Positions 47,310 through 54,295 of a stretch of DNA of 64,000 nucleotides are shown here, piece after piece. Source of the stretch: Candidatus Thermosaccharophagus yellowstonensis. Lineage in GTDB: Bacteria; Armatimonadota; Fervidibacteria; Fervidibacterales; Thermosaccharophagaceae. Position numbers and translations under genes: made by a program. The stretch is from assembly GCA_041537945.1 (NCBI GenBank), contig JBGOEK010000003.1, positions 11,856-75,855 on the forward strand, written 5' to 3'. The notes beneath the pieces were generated by a model. It was not told the origin of the DNA, did no database searches, and was given only the letters and a program-made list of their open reading frames with translations. Position 1 is the first letter of the stretch. Each line of letters begins with the position of its first letter.

Positions 47310-47990
47310 ATGCCTGCCATCCAAGGCATAGATGTGCTTGCATTGCTCATGATAGCACATCTTCTTGCATCCCTTGTCGCATCCGAGCTTCGCAACCTGC
47401 GCCTCAGCGCTTGGGCACTCGTTGTCCAAGCATTCTTCTTGGCTTGCATAATAGCGTCATACGGTTTCGTTTGGAACAACCCAACGCTCTTCATCTGGGC
47501 TTCTGTTACAGTGCTGACGAAGGTTATCATCATCCCCGCCCTCTTGCTCCATCACATAAGAGTTACAGGGCTCACTATGGAGATACGCCCTCTGATAGGG
47601 TTGAGGGTTTCGGTTCTGATGAGCGTCTTTTTAGTTGTGGCGCTCTACTGGCTCTTCCGCACTTACATCTACTTCATCGCCCCAACCATAGCAGCAATGA
47701 TGGAGCCAGCCCGCTCAAACTTGGCTATGGCATTCTGCATCTTCTCACTCGGCATGTATGTGCTTATCACGCGCAGGGATGTTGTTAAAGTGGTAGTCGG
47801 GTTCATCCTGCTTGAAAATGGTGCTCATCTGGCTCTCATCACACTCGCACCGACACTCCCAGCGACGACAAAGCTCGGCATATGGACGAATGTTATCATC
47901 GCTGCGTGGTTGCTTATCAAGCTCGCTGAAGGAATTTACAAAGCGCTTGGTGTTGTCGATACTTTGACTCTATCAGAGTTGAAGCGCTGA
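47310..47990 (+). CDS. hyfE: hydrogenase-4 membrane subunit E
   Basis: LFIWASVTVLTKVIIIPALL and GFILLENGAHLALI align by eye with E. coli HyfE LLIWSASAFITKVLLVP and YCLMENGSHLVLA. 226 aa. Confidence 0.8.
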   Translation: MPAIQGIDVLALLMIAHLLASLVASELRNLRLSAWALVVQAFFLACIIASYGFVWNNPTLFIWASVTVLTKVIIIPALLLHHIRVTGLTMEIRPLIGLRVSVLMSVFLVVALYWLFRTYIYFIAPTIAAMMEPARSNLAMAFCIFSLGMYVLITRRDVVKVVVGFILLENGAHLALITLAPTLPATTKLGIWTNVIIAAWLLIKLAEGIYKALGVVDTLTLSELKR

Positions 47991-48048
47991 GGTGGTTTGA
48001 ACAGCACTGCCATAGTGAAGTTGGTTCAAACCAAGCGAGGTGTGAGAG

Positions 48049-49572
48049 ATGGTGGTCGAATCGTTGCTCCCAATACTTGTCTTTGTCATACCGACGGCGT
48101 GTGGCATCATAAGCCTTTCGCTAAGGCGAATAAACTCAATCGTTCATGGGACGATAGCTGTTGCTGGGCTTCTCGGGACGCTTTGCGTTGCGATACTCAT
48201 AACCACGGAAGTCCTGCGGGGGAATGTGCTGACTGCATTCAGCAACACGGTCTATGCTGATGGTCTGAGTGCTTTGATGGAACTGCTCGGCTGTGGTATG
48301 GGCATACTCGTTGCCATATATTCGCTACGCTACATACCAGTTCATGTGGCTCATCGCTCCGATGCACCCCAAAGGTTAAGCACATACTATGGGCTGTTGC
48401 TCCTCTTCCTCGGGATGATGAACTGGACATGCGTGACAAACAACATAGTGTGGCTCTATGTGACGCTTGAGGCAACTACACTTGCAACTGCCTTCTTGGT
48501 CACATTCTACTGGGACAGGCGTTCGCTTGAGGCTGGTTACAAATACCTCATGCTCGTAACCGTCGGTGTCATCTTCTCGCTGTTTGGGCTTGTGCTGATC
48601 TATGCGGGCGCAATTGAACTGCCAGAGATGAAGGGTCGTAATGTGCTCCTCATAACCGAGCTTAGCAGGGTCGGTCCGAAGATATCATACAGCGTTGTTT
48701 TGTTGGCTAACGCTCTTATACTCGCAGGGTTTGGCGCAAAGGCTGGGCTTGTCCCGTTCCACGCTTGGCTTCCCGATGCACACGCAGAAGCACCAGCTCC
48801 AATTAGCGCATTGCTCTCTGGCATCGTGATAAAGGTTGGCGCATACGCGATGGCAAGGACTGTCACCATATTCGCACCACAATACCCTGCGGTTGTCGTC
48901 TTCGTAGCCATCATGGCATCGCTCAGCATGGTCACTGGTATACTCATGGCGCTTGTTCAGGATGACATAAAGCGGATGCTCGCATACTCATCCGTGAGCC
49001 AGATAGGCTATGTTGTTGAGGGGCTCGGGTTTGGAACATACCTTGGCATATACGGTGCTCTGTTCCACTTGATGAACCACACCATCGTTAAGGCGTTGCT
49101 CTTCCTAACCGCCGGTGCTGTAGCGCATGTCACTGGGACGCGCAGGATGAGTGAGCTTGGTGGGCTTGCGCGCCACATGCCTGTGGTTGCAGTTTGCTTC
49201 TTCATTGGCGCCATCGCCATCGGTGGGTTGCCACCGTTCAACATGTTCATGAGCAAGTTCACGCTCTTCATGGCTGCAGCAGATGTGGGGCTCTTGTGGG
49301 CTGCGGTGATAGCCGTATTCACAGGCTTGTTAACTGTTGCTTGCTTCTTGAGGGCTGCAGCGAGGATATTCTGGGGCGCACCATGCAAGGTTATCCAACC
49401 TGCTGCGGTCGCAGCAAACGGTGGTGAAGTGCGTCTCCCAATAACCATGCTCATACCCATGGTCATCCTCGCCATCTTGACCATCGCATTGGGCATCTAC
49501 CCGGGGCTTGTTCATCCGCTACTTGACAGTGCAACTATGTGCATCCTGAAGATACTTCATGTAGGGGTGTGA
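48049..49572 (+). CDS. antiporter-like membrane subunit (HyfD/HyfF, NuoM/N type)
   Basis: 507 aa. LYVTLEATTLATAFLV and GAKAGLVPFHAWLPDAHAEAPAPISALLSGIVIKVGAYAMAR. Confidence 0.85.
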   Translation: MVVESLLPILVFVIPTACGIISLSLRRINSIVHGTIAVAGLLGTLCVAILITTEVLRGNVLTAFSNTVYADGLSALMELLGCGMGILVAIYSLRYIPVHVAHRSDAPQRLSTYYGLLLLFLGMMNWTCVTNNIVWLYVTLEATTLATAFLVTFYWDRRSLEAGYKYLMLVTVGVIFSLFGLVLIYAGAIELPEMKGRNVLLITELSRVGPKISYSVVLLANALILAGFGAKAGLVPFHAWLPDAHAEAPAPISALLSGIVIKVGAYAMARTVTIFAPQYPAVVVFVAIMASLSMVTGILMALVQDDIKRMLAYSSVSQIGYVVEGLGFGTYLGIYGALFHLMNHTIVKALLFLTAGAVAHVTGTRRMSELGGLARHMPVVAVCFFIGAIAIGGLPPFNMFMSKFTLFMAAADVGLLWAAVIAVFTGLLTVACFLRAAARIFWGAPCKVIQPAAVAANGGEVRLPITMLIPMVILAILTIALGIYPGLVHPLLDSATMCILKILHVGV

Positions 49573-49614
49573 TTGAGCTTGTGCCAAGCAACTTGAGCAA
49601 AAGGAGGTATTGGC

Positions 49615-50124
49615 ATGGTTGGATGGTTCAGGAGGCTTTGTGAGAAGGCGTTTCCGAAGGCGTTGTGGGTCTTCCACGCAAACACGGGCGCATGCAACGG
49701 ATGTGACATTGAGGTCATAAATGTGCTCACGCCGTATTATGATGCTGAGCGTTTTGGCATAAGGCTTGTTGGCTCCCCAAGGCATGCCGATGTCATCATC
49801 GTTACAGGTCCTGTTACAAGGCAATCTGCACCAGTCCTTGAACGCCTCATTGATTCAGTTCCGTCGCCAAAGCTCATCCTTGCAGTTGGCTCTTGCCCAA
49901 CTGGTGGCAACATCTGGTTTGACTCATACGCAACTTGTGGTGGTCTATCAAGCGTCATCAAGGGCAAGGACATACCGGTGGTCTATGTTCCCGGATGCCC
50001 ACCTCGCCCAGAGGCAATACTTTACGGTGTGGCTGTAGCGCTCGGTCTGGTCAAAAAGAAAGTGGCAAGCAAGCACATGAGGCAGGAACTGCTCCCACCG
50101 AGACAGGAAGCAAAAGCACATTAG
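49615..50124 (+). CDS. hyfI: [NiFe]-hydrogenase small subunit (HycG/HyfI, NuoB-like)
   Basis: GACNGCDIEV, GSPRHADVIIVTGPVT, GSCPTGGNIW and VPGCPPRPEAI supply the four Cys of the proximal 4Fe-4S cluster. Confidence 0.88.
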   Translation: MVGWFRRLCEKAFPKALWVFHANTGACNGCDIEVINVLTPYYDAERFGIRLVGSPRHADVIIVTGPVTRQSAPVLERLIDSVPSPKLILAVGSCPTGGNIWFDSYATCGGLSSVIKGKDIPVVYVPGCPPRPEAILYGVAVALGLVKKKVASKHMRQELLPPRQEAKAH

Positions 50125-50169
50125 CCTTTGAAGTAAAAGCAACTTGCTCAAGTGAGGTGCAATGGCAAA

Positions 50170-51075
50170 ATGCAACGCATGGTAGCTTGTGTTATGCCAT
50201 TGACATGGCTAACGATTTTGGCTCTTGCTCCGTTGTGCGGTTGTGGGAAACATCGCGTAGTAGCGCGACCGTCAGCAAAGGTTGCTCTTGAGCCAGAATA
50301 TCCCCTCCACATAATGGCACAGCGTTATAACGAGCTCATGCGCTACTTGAGCGATGCCACTGGGAGGAGAGTTGAATGGCTTTCTTCGGCGAGTAGCGAG
50401 GGCATGATAGCTACTATCGAAAGCAGGAAACCAGACATAGCTCTTGTTGACCCGCTACACTATGTGATCCTAAAGAAGGCATGCAATGCGGAGCTACTCC
50501 TTAAAGTGCTCCTAAAGCCAGTCGGCGGCGTAGGCGAACCAAAGGCTACTATGAAGGGCTTGATAATAGCGCACGCCGATGGTAGAACACCGTCGCTGAG
50601 TGAGATTGAAGGGAGCGTAGTTGCAGTCCCATCAAGACAGGTTCTTTTTGGCTTCGTTGCACAAGCGAAACTCTGTAAGGATGCTGGCATCAACTTAAAC
50701 ACCCTGCACACAGTTGTTGAGAGGCGTGAGGATAGGGTAGTCGCCTCTGTTGCGTATGGTAGAGCAAAGTTTGGCTTCGTTCGTGAGGGCACTTTGGAGT
50801 TGCTCTCTGGGACTCTTGACCTGAGCAAGGTCAAAGCTATTTGCGAGACTCAGGACTACCCAAACCCATGCTTCGTTTGCCTCCCAGAAGTGATGAAGAG
50901 GCGCGCTGGTGTCATCCGTGAGCTCAAGGAGGCGCTCCTCAAACTCAATCAGCCATCGCCAGAGCATAGGAGAATATTGGAATTAGCTGGTTGGGCTGGC
51001 ATCACCGAAGCTGTTGATGACAAAGAATACGATGTCGTTAGGAAGCTCTTAGAGGAGCTCAACCTGCCCTACTAA
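50170..51075 (+). CDS. PhnD/SsuA-type periplasmic substrate-binding lipoprotein; no transporter partners adjacent
   Basis: Lipobox LALAPLCGCG. YPLHIMAQRYNELMRYLSDATGRRVEWLSSASSEGMIATIESRKPDIALVDP matches the PhnD-family N-lobe pattern. Confidence 0.55.
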   Translation: MQRMVACVMPLTWLTILALAPLCGCGKHRVVARPSAKVALEPEYPLHIMAQRYNELMRYLSDATGRRVEWLSSASSEGMIATIESRKPDIALVDPLHYVILKKACNAELLLKVLLKPVGGVGEPKATMKGLIIAHADGRTPSLSEIEGSVVAVPSRQVLFGFVAQAKLCKDAGINLNTLHTVVERREDRVVASVAYGRAKFGFVREGTLELLSGTLDLSKVKAICETQDYPNPCFVCLPEVMKRRAGVIRELKEALLKLNQPSPEHRRILELAGWAGITEAVDDKEYDVVRKLLEELNLPY

Positions 51076-51164
51076 CCTAAAGTGCTTCGGTGGAACGGGT
51101 TTCCAAGCCTTCTCAGGGCTAACGCCATCCTTCAAAATCACCCATCTAACTCTTCCCGACAGAG

Positions 51165-52034
51165 GTGAGCAAGGTGAACAAGGGCTCACTTGGAACATTT
51201 GTCAAGCGCACAGGTGGTGTGGGCGCTATCAAAGTTGTCTCACCAGAAACGAGTGCGCTTGAGTGGCTCGAGTTCAACCTACTGCGGTTGAACAGCGGTG
51301 AGGAGTGGGAAGACGAAGGCATGGTGAGGCTTTCTTCTGGCGATGAGCATGGAGCGGAGGTGGCAGTGGTTGTGCTTTCTGGTGCTTGCTCAATTTATGC
51401 TGGCAACGCATCTTGGGAGGGACTCCAATGCAGGCGTGATGTCTTTAGCGGTAAAGCGACAGCTCTTTATGTCCCGCCAAACGCACGATACAGAATCATC
51501 GCTAAAAGCAGTTTTGAGGCTGCCGTGGTTAAAGTGATTGTGACCGACAAAAACACCGGTGCTAAAGAGCCTACACTGATAACCCCAGAGCAGGTTAAAA
51601 GGCGCACCGTCGGCTTCCTGAACTGGCAGCGAGAAATTGACGACATCATTGATGCTTCATTTCCAGCTGCGCGACTCTTGCTCGGCGAGACCCGCAATCC
51701 ACCCGGAAACTGGTCAAGCTACCCACCACATAAACATGACATAAACAACCCGCCATACGAAGTGAGGCTTGAGGAAGTTTACCACTACCGCATCTTCCCA
51801 AGTTACGGCTTCGCTGTGCAACTCCTATACGATGACGAGAGACAAGAGGTTTATGTTGTGGGTGATGGTGACACGCTCGCAATTGCTCGTGGTTATCACC
51901 CAGTCGTCGTTGCGCCCGGCTATAGGCTCTATTACCTTTGGGCGCTCGCTGGCGATGAGAGGCAAATGTATGTCAGGTTTGATGAATCGCACTCTTGGGT
52001 TCTGGCGATGGAGGCAACCATCGCAACTAAGTGA
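51165..52034 (+). CDS. iolB: 5-deoxy-glucuronate isomerase
   Basis: GNWSSYPPHKHD...LEEVYHYRI cupin signature. About 289 aa. No other iol genes are in the window. Confidence 0.75.
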   Translation: MSKVNKGSLGTFVKRTGGVGAIKVVSPETSALEWLEFNLLRLNSGEEWEDEGMVRLSSGDEHGAEVAVVVLSGACSIYAGNASWEGLQCRRDVFSGKATALYVPPNARYRIIAKSSFEAAVVKVIVTDKNTGAKEPTLITPEQVKRRTVGFLNWQREIDDIIDASFPAARLLLGETRNPPGNWSSYPPHKHDINNPPYEVRLEEVYHYRIFPSYGFAVQLLYDDERQEVYVVGDGDTLAIARGYHPVVVAPGYRLYYLWALAGDERQMYVRFDESHSWVLAMEATIATK

Positions 52035-53037
52035 TGTCCATCTCGATAAGCTCAATTTGGCTTTCATCACATGTTCCAAGTGAGTGCTTGAAGTCGGCAG
52101 CCGTTTGTATGTAAGTTGGCTCTGGGCGGATACTGCCGAGACCAACCTTGTTCCTTCTCTCCTGAATTATGCGCATGCCATAGTAATCCACAGCCACTGG
52201 GTCAGCGCTAACTATTATCCCACCGTAGTTCCACCTGAACTTCGGGTTGTCTTCAGGACCAGCGTTGTATAGCGGGCGGAGCGCATCGCAGATCACCAGC
52301 CGATGAGCGGAGCGTATGTCGGGGAGACAATTCACATCAGCAACATATGGGTCACAGCGGTTCATGTGATACCTGTTCGGGTTGTTAATCGAACCGAAGT
52401 GGTTTTTCAGCGCTGCGGTTATCCCAGCTATCTGATGGGTTTTGAGGATGGGAGCGTTTATTATGGCATTGCATTGTTGCGCTACTATGTTGCTCACGAA
52501 TGTTGCAACCTCACCGAATGCCGAAAGCTGTTTGCGATATCCAACTGCGTCCGTCCCGTAGCAAAGGACACCGGGTGGGCTTGTGCGTATGGTGTAGCCA
52601 GCCTTTTTAAGCTCGTCACAAGTTCTATCCCAAACGATGATTTGCTCTGGGCGATGATTGCATGAGAGCAAGCTGGCTACGATGGCGTTCACAAGCAATG
52701 TGCTTGTTGAGAGTGTGGCACCCGCGATGCAGTTGACTTTTATGCCCACAACATCGCTTTGCCTGATAAACTTGCGCCAAGCCGATGTTATGTCATCTGC
52801 GTCTGTGAGCTTCAAGAGGGCTTCATTGAGCATTTGATAGAGTGCGTTGTAAACAGCTTCAGCGCCAAGTAGCCAATATGGCTTCTCGTCGGGGAGCGAG
52901 TAAAAGAGTTTGTGGCGGGCGATTACGACCCTTGAGCGTTTTTGTTTCCGCTGTGTTTGGGGCGACACTGAGTTTACAGCGGAGCCGAATGCCAATATCC
53001 CACCAGCCGCTAATTTGAGGAACTCCCTTCGCTTCAT
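52027..53037 (-). CDS. Tat-exported DUF362 domain protein
   Basis: Canonical twin-arginine signal MKRREFLKLAAGGILAFGSA. VVGIKVNCIAG and ILKTHQIAGITAALKNHFG are typical of DUF362. Confidence 0.65.
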   Translation of the reverse strand: MKRREFLKLAAGGILAFGSAVNSVSPQTQRKQKRSRVVIARHKLFYSLPDEKPYWLLGAEAVYNALYQMLNEALLKLTDADDITSAWRKFIRQSDVVGIKVNCIAGATLSTSTLLVNAIVASLLSCNHRPEQIIVWDRTCDELKKAGYTIRTSPPGVLCYGTDAVGYRKQLSAFGEVATFVSNIVAQQCNAIINAPILKTHQIAGITAALKNHFGSINNPNRYHMNRCDPYVADVNCLPDIRSAHRLVICDALRPLYNAGPEDNPKFRWNYGGIIVSADPVAVDYYGMRIIQERRNKVGLGSIRPEPTYIQTAADFKHSLGTCDESQIELIEMDIT

Positions 53038-53047
53038 TTTGGTGACC

Positions 53048-54295
53048 TCACTTCTGTGTCAAGCTCCAGATGCCAGGTATTGGCATACCGCAATCGGGAC
53101 ATCGCCCTTTGCGTATCCTGTTAAATCTGACGATGTAGTTCACCCGTTGGATGAGCAGGGAACCGCAGTATGGACAATATGTTGATTCGCCCCCGTGCCC
53201 CGGAACATTTCCAACATACACATACCTTAAACCACTTTGGAAGGCAACCTTCCTGAGCGCATCAATCGTCTTAGCGGGCGTTGCTGGCAAGTTCCGCAAT
53301 TTATACATCGGGAAGAAGCGCGTGAAGTGTAACGGGACATCGGCGCCTACATTTTGTTTTATCCAGTCGCACATTTGCTTGACCGATTTCTCATCGTCGT
53401 TCAAGCTCGGCACGACAAGGTATGTTAGCTCAAGCCATGCGTTTGACTCGTTTGCAACGATCTTGATGGCATCTAAAACGGGCTTTAACTGCCCACCACA
53501 TACCTCACGGTAGAAGGAATCGCTGAAAGCCTTGAGGTCAATGTTGAATGCGTCCATGTAGCGGCAAAGCTCCTTCAACGGTTCTGGGTTGATGAAGGCT
53601 GCAGTGTGGCATATGTTGAGCAAGCCAGCTTTCCTTGCCTCCTTAGCGCAATCAATCGCATACTCGATGAAGTTAACGGGTTCGGTGTATGTGTAAGCTA
53701 TAGCTTTGCACCCGAGCGATTTCGCCTCCTCAACCACATCCTCTGGTCTCATGTAAACGCTTTGGGTGTCCTCTGGGCGGACTTGCGATATTTGCCAACT
53801 CTGGCAATACTTGCATGTGAGGTTACAGCAAGCTGTTGCTATCCCGAGCGTTTTAACCGACGGCAGGACATGATACAGAGGTAGCTTTTCAATTGGGTCG
53901 ACAAGCTTAGCGCATACGCGCCCGTAAACGAGCGTGTAGTAAGTGCCGTTCCTGTTCTCCCTTGCGCCACAAAAGCCCCTCTCACCTTGCGCTACGATGC
54001 ACCTCCTCGGACATAGCTGGCATTCAACCCTCCCGTCACCAAGCGGTTTGTAAAAGCGTGCACGCACCAAGCTTATTGCTGATGTAGCGAACAAGCAAGT
54101 CCTCATGTTGAGGAGTGAGTAGCACGATATCAGATGGAGCAAGAATTTTCGCCTGCTCAAAATGTGCTCAGTGCTGTTTGGACAGATTGACTTGCGTAGT
54201 AGCGCATTTGATGTTTTGCGCATCAGCCTTTCACCTTTCGAAGGGTTTGGGTGTTCGTTTTCGACTGAGCCATGAGAGTTGTGATGGGAACGCAT
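53048..54295 (-). CDS. AmmeMemoRadiSam-type (AmrS / PflA-like) radical SAM enzyme with N-terminal extension
   Basis: CQLCPRRCIVAQGERGFCGARENRNG, radical SAM CNLTCKYCQSWQIS, HFTRFFPMYKL, C-terminal CPYCG...CPDCG. ATG 54295 directly abuts the TPR gene stop (TGAATG). Alternative internal starts exist at M25 and M64. Confidence 0.75.
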   Translation of the reverse strand: MRSHHNSHGSVENEHPNPSKGERLMRKTSNALLRKSICPNSTEHILSRRKFLLHLISCYSLLNMRTCLFATSAISLVRARFYKPLGDGRVECQLCPRRCIVAQGERGFCGARENRNGTYYTLVYGRVCAKLVDPIEKLPLYHVLPSVKTLGIATACCNLTCKYCQSWQISQVRPEDTQSVYMRPEDVVEEAKSLGCKAIAYTYTEPVNFIEYAIDCAKEARKAGLLNICHTAAFINPEPLKELCRYMDAFNIDLKAFSDSFYREVCGGQLKPVLDAIKIVANESNAWLELTYLVVPSLNDDEKSVKQMCDWIKQNVGADVPLHFTRFFPMYKLRNLPATPAKTIDALRKVAFQSGLRYVYVGNVPGHGGESTYCPYCGSLLIQRVNYIVRFNRIRKGRCPDCGMPIPGIWSLTQK

